Positions 25,624-34,173 of a stretch of 43,541 nucleotides of DNA are shown here, in pieces. Numbering within the stretch: the stretch's first letter is position 1; the number at the start of each line of letters is the position of its first letter. A model generated the notes under the pieces. That model had not been told where the DNA came from. It searched no databases and saw only the letters and a program-made list of their open reading frames with translations. The position numbers and the translations under genes were made by a program. Origin of the DNA: an uncultured Bacilli bacterium (GTDB lineage Bacteria > Bacillota_I > Bacilli_A > RF39 > UBA660); contig CANQYF010000002.1 in NCBI GenBank assembly GCA_947628075.1, positions 1 through 43,541 on the forward strand, read 5' to 3'.

Positions 25624-26742
25624 ATGAAATTTGTTATTGATAAGAATATTTTATTAGAAGCTCTTACAAATGTAACAAGAGCAATTGGAACTAGAACTAC
25701 AATACCTATTCTAAATGGTATTAAATTTGAATTAACAAATAGTGGGTTAACCTTATTAGCAAGTGATTCTGAATTAACTATTAAAATAAATATCGAGGAA
25801 AAAGATATCAAAAAAATAGATAATCCAGGAAGTATGATAATTCAAAGTAAATATATATTAGATATAATAAGGAAAATGCCTGCTGATACTATTAATTTTG
25901 AAGCAATTGATAATAGTAAAATAAAAATTTATACAGATAATAATGAATATAGTTTAAATTGTTATGATATTAATGATTATCCACATATAGCTTTAGATGA
26001 ATCTAAAGAACCAATTGAAATCGCCGCTGAAACTTTAAAAAATATAATTAATGAGACTTCCTATGCTGTATCAACACAAGAAGTAAGACCATTACTTACC
26101 GGTATTAATTTAAAAATAACTGGAGATAATCTAGAATGTATTGCAACAGATTCTTATCGTTTAGCTAAAAAAAATATCAAATTAAATAGTATGGTTAATA
26201 ACACTATTAATATTGTAATTCCTGGTAAAAGTATTAATGAATTAGAAAAAATATTAACTGACGAAGACAATGTAGTTATGCACATTTTTACTAATAAAAT
26301 ATTATTTAAATATCATAATATTCAATTTCAAACCAATTTATTAAGTGGAACATATCCAGATACAACGCATTTTATACCTAATGAATTTGCCTATATGATT
26401 AATTTAAATTTAAAATCTTTTAATGATGCCGTAGATAGAGCTTCATTACTTTCTCAAAGTAAAGATAAAAATATTGTTAGAGTATTAATTGAAGATAAAT
26501 TAATGGTTATATCATCTAGTGCTAGTGAAATAGGAAAAACGGAAGAAAAGTTAAATATTGAATGTAGTAATAAAGAAAAACTTGAATTAGCTTTTTCTTC
26601 TAGATATATGCTTGAAGCTTTAAAAGTAATAAAAGATGATAATATATTATTATTAATAAATAGTGATGATAAACCAATTTTAATTAAATCAGTAAAAGAT
26701 GAATCATTATTGGAACTTATTTTACCAATAAAAACTTATTAA
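25624..26742 (+). CDS. dnaN: DNA polymerase III beta sliding clamp
   Basis: The 372 aa ORF reads MKFVIDKNILLEAL...ATDSYRLA... It follows dnaA and has SD GAAGGAG. Confidence 0.97.
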   Translation: MKFVIDKNILLEALTNVTRAIGTRTTIPILNGIKFELTNSGLTLLASDSELTIKINIEEKDIKKIDNPGSMIIQSKYILDIIRKMPADTINFEAIDNSKIKIYTDNNEYSLNCYDINDYPHIALDESKEPIEIAAETLKNIINETSYAVSTQEVRPLLTGINLKITGDNLECIATDSYRLAKKNIKLNSMVNNTINIVIPGKSINELEKILTDEDNVVMHIFTNKILFKYHNIQFQTNLLSGTYPDTTHFIPNEFAYMINLNLKSFNDAVDRASLLSQSKDKNIVRVLIEDKLMVISSSASEIGKTEEKLNIECSNKEKLELAFSSRYMLEALKVIKDDNILLLINSDDKPILIKSVKDESLLELILPIKTY

Positions 26743-26776
26743 TAAATAAAAAATAAAGAAAAAAATATAAAAAAAA

Positions 26777-26792
26777 TATTTCCCGGGAAATA
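26777..26792. other. Noc-binding-site (NBS) type palindrome
   Basis: TATTTCCCGGGAAATA is a perfect 16-bp palindrome containing the 14-bp ATTTCCCGGGAAAT. A half-site-like TTATTTCC follows at 26803-26810. Confidence 0.6.
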
Positions 26793-26848
26793 ATTCGACA
26801 AATTATTTCCTCTTTTTATGCTATAGTAACCCCTAAAAAGGAGGGTTT

Positions 26849-27301
26849 ATGTCAGAATTTATTATTAATGAAGAAACAGTTGCTTTAAGAAAGGATGAAA
26901 ATAAAACAATAATATATAATGTTGATAACTGTTTAGTTATTAACAAAAATTTAAAAAATATATTAAATACAAATTGTTTATATTATGGAAGTGATTTAAA
27001 CGGAAGAAGACGGAGTGCACAGAGATTATTAAATATGAAATATAAAGTGCCTATAATTATTTCAGATATCAACAATTATATTTTAATTTCCATTGGATCA
27101 TTAAGAGATAATAATTGTTTGTTAATTATGCTTAACAAAATCATAGATTATGAAGAAAAAGATAATTATTTAAAAATAATTTGTGCTTTTAATCAAGAAT
27201 TTGTGGTCAATATTTCTAAATATAGCTTTGAAAAATTATTAATTAATGCAATTAAATTAAATAACTTATTAAAATGGCGAAAAAATGTAAATAATGTTTA
27301 A
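26849..27301 (+). CDS. ComK-family-like protein (tentative)
   Basis: The 150 aa ORF reads ...CLYYGSDLNGRRRSAQRLLNMKYKVPIIIS...NYILISIGSLRDNNC... This parallels B. subtilis ComK, FFGSSYAGRKAG...KISHKPPIMVD...IFLFPTLSSTRPQC, as I recall it. SD AGGAGGG is present. Confidence 0.45.
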   Translation: MSEFIINEETVALRKDENKTIIYNVDNCLVINKNLKNILNTNCLYYGSDLNGRRRSAQRLLNMKYKVPIIISDINNYILISIGSLRDNNCLLIMLNKIIDYEEKDNYLKIICAFNQEFVVNISKYSFEKLLINAIKLNNLLKWRKNVNNV

Positions 27302-27391
27302 AATGTGTTTATTTTATGTTATAATTATAAGTAGGTATAGGAGTACTTAAAATACCATTTTATTAAGCAGCGAGGAAAAGAAGGCTATAAA

Positions 27392-28480
27392 ATGAAATTG
27401 AATAGTTTAAAACTTCATAATTTTCGTAATTATGAACATCTAAATTTAGAATTCAGTCCTAACTTAAATATTATTTATGGAAATAATGGAGTAGGAAAAA
27501 CTAATTTAGTCGAGGCCATTTATGCCTTATCACTTACAAAATCTTTTCGAACAAATAACGATAAATATTTAATAAGAAATGGTGAGTTAAGTACAAAAAT
27601 AGAAGGAGAAGTAGAAGAAAATACCATTAATAATTATCAAGTAATTTTAAATAAAGAAGGAAAAAAAGTTAAAATAAACAATAATATATCTTCAAAAATA
27701 AGTGATTATGTTTCCAATATCAATATCATAATTTTAGAACCAGATGAACAAGTCATTTTAAAATCTTCACCATTAGCTAGAAGAAAATTATTGAATATTG
27801 AAATTAGTCAATTAAAAAAAGATTATATTCTTTATTTAAACAATTATAATAAAACATTAAAACAGCGTAATTTTTATTTACGAGAGTTAATGATTAATTC
27901 AAATGCTAGTTTAGAATATTTAGATATTTTAACCACAAAATTAGTTGAATATGGTGAAAAAATTTATAATTATCGAAATCAATTTATTGAAAATATAAAT
28001 CAATATTTAACTAATAAATATCAACAAATATTTGAAATTGGTAATCTTGCTTTAAAATATAATTCTGATTATAAAAATAAAGATGCAAAAGAAATTAAAG
28101 ATTTTTATAAGAAGAATTATAATAGAGAAATAAATGCTGGTAAAACTCTTTTTGGGATTCACCATGATGATATAATTTTTATGTTAGATGGCAAAGATAT
28201 TTCAGAATGGGGGAGTAATGGTCAACAAAAAAATGCTATTTTTGCCTTTAAATTAGCGGAAATAGAAATTTTTAAACAAGAAAAAGAAAATTATCCAATA
28301 TTAATTTTAGATGATTTATTTAGTGCTTTAGATAAGAAAAAAGTACATAATATTTTTAATTTATTAAATGATAATATTCAAACTTTTATAACAACTACGG
28401 AACTTCAAAAAATTAATAAAACAATTTTATCTAAAGCAAAGATATTTAAAGTTACTTTAGAGGGTGTAAAGGAGGAATAA
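27392..28480 (+). CDS. recF: DNA replication and repair protein RecF
   Basis: The 362 aa ORF has Walker [10 protein letters not shown], the signature-like motif GSNGQQKN and Walker B ILILDD. Confidence 0.95.
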   Translation: MKLNSLKLHNFRNYEHLNLEFSPNLNIIYGNNGVGKTNLVEAIYALSLTKSFRTNNDKYLIRNGELSTKIEGEVEENTINNYQVILNKEGKKVKINNNISSKISDYVSNINIIILEPDEQVILKSSPLARRKLLNIEISQLKKDYILYLNNYNKTLKQRNFYLRELMINSNASLEYLDILTTKLVEYGEKIYNYRNQFIENINQYLTNKYQQIFEIGNLALKYNSDYKNKDAKEIKDFYKKNYNREINAGKTLFGIHHDDIIFMLDGKDISEWGSNGQQKNAIFAFKLAEIEIFKQEKENYPILILDDLFSALDKKKVHNIFNLLNDNIQTFITTTELQKINKTILSKAKIFKVTLEGVKEE

Positions 28481-28482
28481 AT

Positions 28483-30405
28483 ATGGAAGAAAAAATGCAT
28501 TATAATGAAAATGATATTCAAGTTCTAGAAGGTTTAGAAGCTGTTCGCAAAAGACCAGGAATGTATATAGGTACAACTGATGTTAAAGGACTTCATCATT
28601 TAGTTTGGGAAATTGTTGATAATTCTATTGATGAAGCTTTAGCAGGATATTGTAATCATATTGAAGTAATTATTAATAAAGGTAATAGTATTACAGTTAA
28701 AGATAATGGACGTGGTATACCAGTAGGTATTCATCCAAAAACAGGTATTTCTACTGTGGAAACAGTCTATACAGTTCTTCATGCTGGCGGAAAATTTGGT
28801 GAAGGCGGTTATAAAGTTAGTGGAGGTCTTCACGGTGTTGGAGCTTCCGTAGTTAATGCTTTATCAAAATGGGTTAATGTTACAGTATATCGGGATGGTA
28901 AAATATATGAAGCAAAATTTGCTGATGGAGGAAAAACTGTACAAAAATTAACTGTTATTGGTGAATGTGAAGAAAATAGAACAGGAACAACAGTGGAATT
29001 TAAACCAGATTCAGATATTTTTGATACCGATATTTTTGATTATGAAACATTAAAAGTTAGAATTAGAGAATTAGCGTTCTTAAATAAAGGATTATCTTTA
29101 ACTATTAGAGATGATCGTGATGATGAAGATACAACTGGTGAAACCTTCCATTATGAAGGTGGTATTTCCGAATATGTTAAGTTTTTAAATGCTTCTAAAA
29201 CTCCTATTCAAGAAGATATTATTCATTTAGAAGGGGAAGAAGATGGCATATTTTTTGAAGTAGCATTACAATATAACTCTGGGTATAATGATAGTATTTA
29301 TTCATTTGTTAATAATATTAATACTCATGATGGTGGTACTCATGAAGAAGGAGTTAGAAGGGCCTTAACAAGAGTTATTAATAATTATGCTCGTAAAGCG
29401 AATATTTTAAAAGAAAAAGATGATTCTTTAACAAGTGATGATGTTAAAGAAGGTCTTACAATGATAATTTCTTGTAAACATCCTAACCCTCAATTTGAAG
29501 GTCAAACAAAAGGAAGATTAGGTAATTCCGAAGTTAGAAGACTTGCTGATAGTGTTTTTTCAAAAGGTTTTGAAAGATATTTAATGGAAAATCCTGACGC
29601 TGCTAAGATTATTGTTGATAAGACAATGACTGCCGCAAGAGCTAGAGTAGCAGCAAAGAAGGCTAGAGAAGTAGCCAGAAGAAAAAGTGATTTAGATATT
29701 GTTAATTTTGGTGGAAAATTAGAAGATTGTAAAGAAAAGGATCCATCTGTTTGTGAAATATTTATAGTCGAAGGAGATTCAGCGGGTGGCTCTGCAGTCA
29801 AAGGAAGAAATTCTATGACACAAGCTATTCTTCCATTAAGAGGAAAAATTTTAAATGTAGAAAAAGCTAGAATAGACCGAGCATTATCTAATGAAGAAAT
29901 AAGAACAATTATAACAGCTTTTGGAACTGGTATAGGTGACAATTTTGATTTAAGTAAATTACGATATGATAAAATTATAATCATGACCGATGCCGATGTT
30001 GATGGAGCACATATTAGAGTATTGTTATTAACACTTTTCTATCGTTTCTTTAAGCCAATTGTAGAAGCAGGGCATGTATATGCGGCTCAGCCTCCTCTTT
30101 TCTGTATAAAACATGGTAAAGTTAGAAAATATGTTTTAGATGAAAAAGAAAGAGATGCTTATCTTGCCTCACTAAATCCAAATACTAAATATGAAATTTT
30201 TAGAATGAAAGGTTTAGGAGAAATGGATGCTGAAGAATTAAACGAAACAACAATGGATATTAATACTAGAATTTTAAGAAGAATTACGGTTGATGATGCA
30301 ATCGCTGCTGATGAAGCATTTTCAATGCTAATGGGTGAAGAAGTTGAGCCACGCCGATTATTCATTGAACAAAATGCTGAATATGCTAAGAACGTAGATA
30401 TTTAG
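28483..30405 (+). CDS. gyrB: DNA gyrase subunit B
   Basis: The 640 aa ORF has GHKL ATPase motifs ([16 protein letters not shown]) and Toprim motifs ([16 protein letters not shown]). Confidence 0.98.
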   Translation: MEEKMHYNENDIQVLEGLEAVRKRPGMYIGTTDVKGLHHLVWEIVDNSIDEALAGYCNHIEVIINKGNSITVKDNGRGIPVGIHPKTGISTVETVYTVLHAGGKFGEGGYKVSGGLHGVGASVVNALSKWVNVTVYRDGKIYEAKFADGGKTVQKLTVIGECEENRTGTTVEFKPDSDIFDTDIFDYETLKVRIRELAFLNKGLSLTIRDDRDDEDTTGETFHYEGGISEYVKFLNASKTPIQEDIIHLEGEEDGIFFEVALQYNSGYNDSIYSFVNNINTHDGGTHEEGVRRALTRVINNYARKANILKEKDDSLTSDDVKEGLTMIISCKHPNPQFEGQTKGRLGNSEVRRLADSVFSKGFERYLMENPDAAKIIVDKTMTAARARVAAKKAREVARRKSDLDIVNFGGKLEDCKEKDPSVCEIFIVEGDSAGGSAVKGRNSMTQAILPLRGKILNVEKARIDRALSNEEIRTIITAFGTGIGDNFDLSKLRYDKIIIMTDADVDGAHIRVLLLTLFYRFFKPIVEAGHVYAAQPPLFCIKHGKVRKYVLDEKERDAYLASLNPNTKYEIFRMKGLGEMDAEELNETTMDINTRILRRITVDDAIAADEAFSMLMGEEVEPRRLFIEQNAEYAKNVDI

Positions 30406-30415
30406 GAGGTTTAAA

Positions 30416-32863
30416 ATGAATCAAGAAAAAGATAAGTTAATAGAAAATAATATAGTAAAAGAAATAAAAGATTCATTTATTGATTATTCAGTTAGTGTTA
30501 TTATGTCAAGAGCAGTTCCTGATTTACGTGATGGTTTAAAACCTGTTCATAGAAGAATTTTATGGTCAATGTACGAATCTGGTTATACACCAGATAAACC
30601 ACATCGTAAAAGTGCACGTATTGTCGGGGATGTCATGGGAAAATATCATCCACATGGTGATTCAAGTATTTACGATGCAATGGTAAGACTCGCTCAAGAT
30701 TTTAATTTTACTCATACATTAGTTGATGGTCACGGTAACTTTGGTAATATTTCTATTCCAAGACCAGCTGCGTCACGTTATACGGAAGCAAGACTTGCAA
30801 AGATATCTTTAGAATTATTAAGAGATATTAATAAAGAAACCGTTAATTTTTTACCTAACTTTGATGAATCAGAAAAAGAGCCAGAAGTTTTACCATCTAG
30901 ATTTCCTAATATTTTAGTAAGCGGAACAATGGGTATTGCTGTAGGTATGGCAACTAATATTCCTCCCCATAATTTAGGAGAAGTTATTGATGGATGTGTT
31001 GCATATATCGATAATCCTGAAATTGATATCAACGGATTAATGCAATATATAAAAGGCCCCGATTTTCCTACTGGTGGCGTGATTTTAGGCAATAGTGGAA
31101 TAAAAAAAGCATATGAAACAGGAAGAGGAACAATTACAATTAGAAGTAAAGCCACAATTGAAGAAAAAAATGGCAAAAATTATATAATTATTGATGAAGT
31201 CCCTTATGGTGTAAATATTACTGATTTAAAAGAAAAAGTAGCTGAGCTTGTTCATAATAAAATAATTGATGGAATTGCAGATTATCATACTGATTTAAAA
31301 GATGGTTTAAAGATAACTATTACATTAAAGAAAGAAGCAAATGCTCAAGTTGTCCTTAATAATCTATTTAAACATACACAATTTCAAACTAGCTATGGTA
31401 TTATTTTCTTAATGATTGATAATAAAGTTCCAAGAACTTTAGGTTTAAAAGATATTATTTCTAAATATATTAATTATCAAGAAGAAGTAATTATTAGAAG
31501 AACAAAATTTGATTTAGATCGTGCTGAAAAAAGGGTACATATTTTAGAAGGGTATAAAATTGCCTTAGATAATCTTGACGATTTTATAAAAATTATTAGA
31601 GAATCGGAAACAGATGTTATAGCTAAAGAAACTTTAATTCAAAAATATGCTTTAAGTGATGTTCAAGCTGATGCAATTTTAGAATTAAAATTACGTCGTT
31701 TGACTGGTCTAGAAAGAGCCAAAATTGAAGAAGAATTAAAAGATTTATTAGCTAAAATAGAAGAATATAAGGAAATTTTAGCATCTCGTGAAAAAATTCT
31801 AAATATTATTAAGAATGAACTTTTAGAAATAAAAGAAAAATATGCTGTGGAACGTCGTACTAAAATTGATATGACCGCTATTGAATATATCGAAGATGAA
31901 TCATTAATCCCAGAGGAAGACATAATGGTTGTTTTAACTAATAAAGGTTATATTAAACGTACTACTAATGACACCTTTAAAGTTCAAAATAGGGGTGGAA
32001 TTGGTGTAAAAGGATTAACTACTAATGATGAAGATTATGTTGAAAATTTAATTAATTTATCAACTCATGATTATATAATGTTCTTTACAAATAAAGGAAA
32101 AGTTTATCGTTTGAAAGGATATGAAATACCAGAATTTAGTCGTCAATCTAAAGGAATACCAGTTGTTAATTTGTTAAATATTGAAAAAGATGAAAAAATA
32201 AATTCAATTATTCGTATTAATAAAAACGAAGAATATAAATATTTATTGTTTGCAACTAAGAAAGGAATTGTTAAAAAGACTAATATATCCGAGTTTGAAA
32301 ATATTAGAGCAACTGGAAAAATATGTATTAATTTGAATGACAATGATGAATTGTTAGATGTTAAAAAGACAACTGGCGAAAGTCTTGTCTTGATAGGTAG
32401 TAGTGCTGGTCGGATGGTTAAATTTGATGAATCAGAAATTAGAGCTATGGGAAGAACTGCTACTGGTGTTAAAGGAATTAATTTAGATGGGGGCACTTGT
32501 ATTTGTTTAGAAGTTGTTCAAGAAGATTCAGTAATTGTTTTGGTAACTGAGAAAGGTTACGGTAAACGTACAAATGTTTGTGATTTTAGAAAAACAAAAC
32601 GTGGAAGTAAAGGCGTTTTAGCCTTAAATGTTACTGAAAAGAATGGTAATTTAGTCGCAGCAAAATTAGTAGAAGAAAATAAAGATTTAATGATAATGAC
32701 TAATGTGGGAATTACTATTAAATTACCAATAGATCAAATTTCTATTTTAGGTAGAGTGACTCAAGGACTTAGATTAATTTCCTTACGTGAAAATCAAACG
32801 GTTGCCACTGTCAGTGTGGTTGATAAAACAAGTGAAGAAGAAGTTACCGGACAAATTGATTAA
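30416..32863 (+). CDS. gyrA: DNA gyrase subunit A
   Basis: The 815 aa ORF has AVPDLRDGLKPVHRR, the active-site region RYTEARL, and C-terminal beta-pinwheel repeats. Confidence 0.98.
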   Translation: MNQEKDKLIENNIVKEIKDSFIDYSVSVIMSRAVPDLRDGLKPVHRRILWSMYESGYTPDKPHRKSARIVGDVMGKYHPHGDSSIYDAMVRLAQDFNFTHTLVDGHGNFGNISIPRPAASRYTEARLAKISLELLRDINKETVNFLPNFDESEKEPEVLPSRFPNILVSGTMGIAVGMATNIPPHNLGEVIDGCVAYIDNPEIDINGLMQYIKGPDFPTGGVILGNSGIKKAYETGRGTITIRSKATIEEKNGKNYIIIDEVPYGVNITDLKEKVAELVHNKIIDGIADYHTDLKDGLKITITLKKEANAQVVLNNLFKHTQFQTSYGIIFLMIDNKVPRTLGLKDIISKYINYQEEVIIRRTKFDLDRAEKRVHILEGYKIALDNLDDFIKIIRESETDVIAKETLIQKYALSDVQADAILELKLRRLTGLERAKIEEELKDLLAKIEEYKEILASREKILNIIKNELLEIKEKYAVERRTKIDMTAIEYIEDESLIPEEDIMVVLTNKGYIKRTTNDTFKVQNRGGIGVKGLTTNDEDYVENLINLSTHDYIMFFTNKGKVYRLKGYEIPEFSRQSKGIPVVNLLNIEKDEKINSIIRINKNEEYKYLLFATKKGIVKKTNISEFENIRATGKICINLNDNDELLDVKKTTGESLVLIGSSAGRMVKFDESEIRAMGRTATGVKGINLDGGTCICLEVVQEDSVIVLVTEKGYGKRTNVCDFRKTKRGSKGVLALNVTEKNGNLVAAKLVEENKDLMIMTNVGITIKLPIDQISILGRVTQGLRLISLRENQTVATVSVVDKTSEEEVTGQID

Positions 32864-32864
32864 A

Positions 32865-32884
32865 AATATTTCCCGGGAAATATT
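32865..32884. other. NBS-type palindrome (NBS-1)
   Basis: AATATTTCCC|GGGAAATATT is a perfect 20-bp palindrome that starts 2 nt after the gyrA stop codon. Confidence 0.65.
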
Positions 32885-32910
32885 ATCAATGTTTCACGTG
32901 AAACATTGAT
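32885..32910. other. parS: parS site (parS-1)
   Basis: ATCAATGTTTCAC|GTGAAACATTGAT is a perfect 26-bp palindrome. The core TGTTTCACGTGAAACA matches the Firmicutes parS consensus TGTTNCACGTGAAACA at every defined position. Confidence 0.8.
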
Positions 32911-32930
32911 AAAGACTTTTTATAATTAAT

Positions 32931-32968
32931 AAGCATAACTTAAATTTTAGGTTATGCTTTTATTATTC
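32931..32968 (+). terminator. Rho-independent terminator of gyrA
   Basis: AAGCATAAC (32931-32939), an 11-nt loop, then GTTATGCTT (32951-32959), followed by TTATTATT. Confidence 0.7.
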
Positions 32969-33236
32969 TGTGCATTCAGTAAAATATAAATAGCTATAAT
33001 GAATGTATATAAGTAATGTTTTATATAATTAATAATTTATATTTCAAGGCCCTTGTTAATTATTATAAACATGAGTTTTTAAAAAATAGTAATTATAATA
33101 GTTGTTTAATGTTATATAAATAATATTTATAATGATTTAATTTTAAATTGATCATTAATTAGTTATTAATAATTTATATTTATTGTTTGAATATTGTAAT
33201 ACAGAATCAATTTTATTAATTGTATATTAATTGCCT

Positions 33237-33258
33237 TAATGTTTCACGTGAAACATTA
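33237..33258. other. parS: parS site (parS-2)
   Basis: TAATGTTTCAC|GTGAAACATTA is a perfect 22-bp palindrome. Confidence 0.8.
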
Positions 33259-33260
33259 GC

Positions 33261-33284
33261 AAATTATTTCCCGGGAAATAATTT
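33261..33284. other. NBS-type palindrome (NBS-2)
   Basis: AAATTATTTCCC|GGGAAATAATTT is a perfect 24-bp palindrome. Confidence 0.65.
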
Positions 33285-33333
33285 AAGTAAAAAAAAATAG
33301 TTAATAGATGAATTTTATTAAATCACATTTTTT

Positions 33334-33369
33334 AATTATTCAATGTTTCACGTGAAACATTGAATAATT
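33334..33369. other. parS: parS site (parS-3), the longest palindrome
   Basis: AATTATTCAATGTTTCAC|GTGAAACATTGAATAATT is a perfect 36-bp palindrome. It has no adjacent NBS. Confidence 0.8.
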
Positions 33370-33529
33370 GTAATTAATAACGTTATTTTTTTGTGATGCT
33401 ATTTTTTTAAAATTATTAAACAAATTTTTAAATTATAAACAAATCATTAAGTTAAAATAAGTATTTTATTATTTTAGTAAAATATGATAAAGTTTCGAAA
33501 ATTTAAGTTTTAAGTTTAAAAAGCTACTA

Positions 33530-33551
33530 TAATGTTTCACGTGAAACATTA
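33530..33551. other. parS: parS site (parS-4)
   Basis: TAATGTTTCAC|GTGAAACATTA is a perfect 22-bp palindrome. Confidence 0.8.
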
Positions 33552-33576
33552 AAAATATTTCCCGGGAAATATTTTT
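33551..33576. other. NBS-type palindrome (NBS-3)
   Basis: AAAAATATTTCCC|GGGAAATATTTTT is a perfect 26-bp palindrome. It ends 8 nt before the -35 of the ffs promoter. Confidence 0.65.
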
Positions 33577-33584
33577 CTAATTTC

Positions 33585-33613
33585 TTGTATTAAAAATTAA
33601 AATATGTTATTAT
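33585..33613 (+). promoter_or_regulatory. Promoter of the SRP RNA gene
   Basis: TTGTAT (33585-33590), 17 nt, TATTAT (33608-33613). Confidence 0.55.
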
Positions 33614-33618
33614 GACTT

Positions 33619-33692
33619 TGCACAACAAATATAGCGTAAACTGGTCAGGGTTGGAAAACAGCAGCCAAATCGTTTCCTATTTGTGTGTGCTT
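33619..33692 (+). ncRNA. ffs: Small (4.5S-type) signal recognition particle RNA
   Basis: It contains ACTGGTCAGGGTTGGAAAACAGCAGCCAAA, matching the conserved SRP domain IV (GGUCAGGUCCGGAAGGAAGCAGCCAA). The 5' GCACAACAAATA pairs with the 3' TATTTGTGTGTGC to form one long hairpin, followed by a T-run. The position upstream of tadA and dnaX matches scr in Bacillus. The ends are approximate. Confidence 0.8.
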
Positions 33693-33710
33693 TTTTATTA
33701 GGTGATAAAT

Positions 33711-34115
33711 ATGAAAGACTTTATGACATTAGCGTTTGAAGAATCAATAAAAGCAAATAAAAAAAATGAAATACCGGTTGGGGCTATTATTGTAAGAAAC
33801 AATAAAGTGATTTCAAAATCTCATAATAATCGTCAAAAAAAATATAATGTTTTAGGTCATGCAGAAATTAATGCAATATTAAAAGCTGAAAAAAAAATAA
33901 AAGATTGGCGTTTAGATGATTGCGATTTATATGTTACTTTAGAACCATGTGATATGTGTATAAGCATTATTAAAGAATCAAGAATTAAAAATGTATACTA
34001 TTTAGCAAAGAATACAAACAAAAGTTCTATAGGTGATGGCCAATTGTATGATAATATTGATTTAAAAGAAAAATATGAACAATTGCTTAAAAATTATTTT
34101 AAAAAGATGCGTTGA
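33711..34115 (+). CDS. tadA: tRNA-specific adenosine(34) deaminase
   Basis: The start is ATG 33711, after GGTGAT. It has the CDA zinc motifs HAEINA and PCDMC. The track ORF starts at GTG 33702. Confidence 0.9.
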   Translation: MKDFMTLAFEESIKANKKNEIPVGAIIVRNNKVISKSHNNRQKKYNVLGHAEINAILKAEKKIKDWRLDDCDLYVTLEPCDMCISIIKESRIKNVYYLAKNTNKSSIGDGQLYDNIDLKEKYEQLLKNYFKKMR

Positions 34116-34173
34116 TTTTTTTTAAATTATTATGGTTGCTGTGGTATAATATTGTAAGAAAGGAATTGCACCT

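Noticed and set aside
26828-26847. A hairpin, AACCC(C)T-aaaa-AGGAGGGTT, that could sequester the SD of the ComK-like gene.
   Set aside because: The stem is only about 5 bp plus a bulge. That is too weak to call a regulatory switch without conservation data.
28639-32496. Minus-strand ORFs inside gyrB and gyrA: 28639-28833, 29502-29984, 30159-30365, 30778-31176, 31663-31923 and 32143-32496.
   Set aside because: They are antisense shadows of gyrase genes, and their length is explained by codon bias on the sense strand. The same reasoning applies to 20719-20973, 23300-23500 and 25596-25811.
32865-33576. The repeated palindromes read as a CRISPR array, REP elements or simple transcription terminators.
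   Set aside because: There is no direct-repeat/spacer periodicity and there are no cas genes. The palindromes have no loop and mostly lack T-tails, and a separate conventional gyrA terminator exists at 32931-32968. The cores match the parS and NBS consensus sequences at every defined position.
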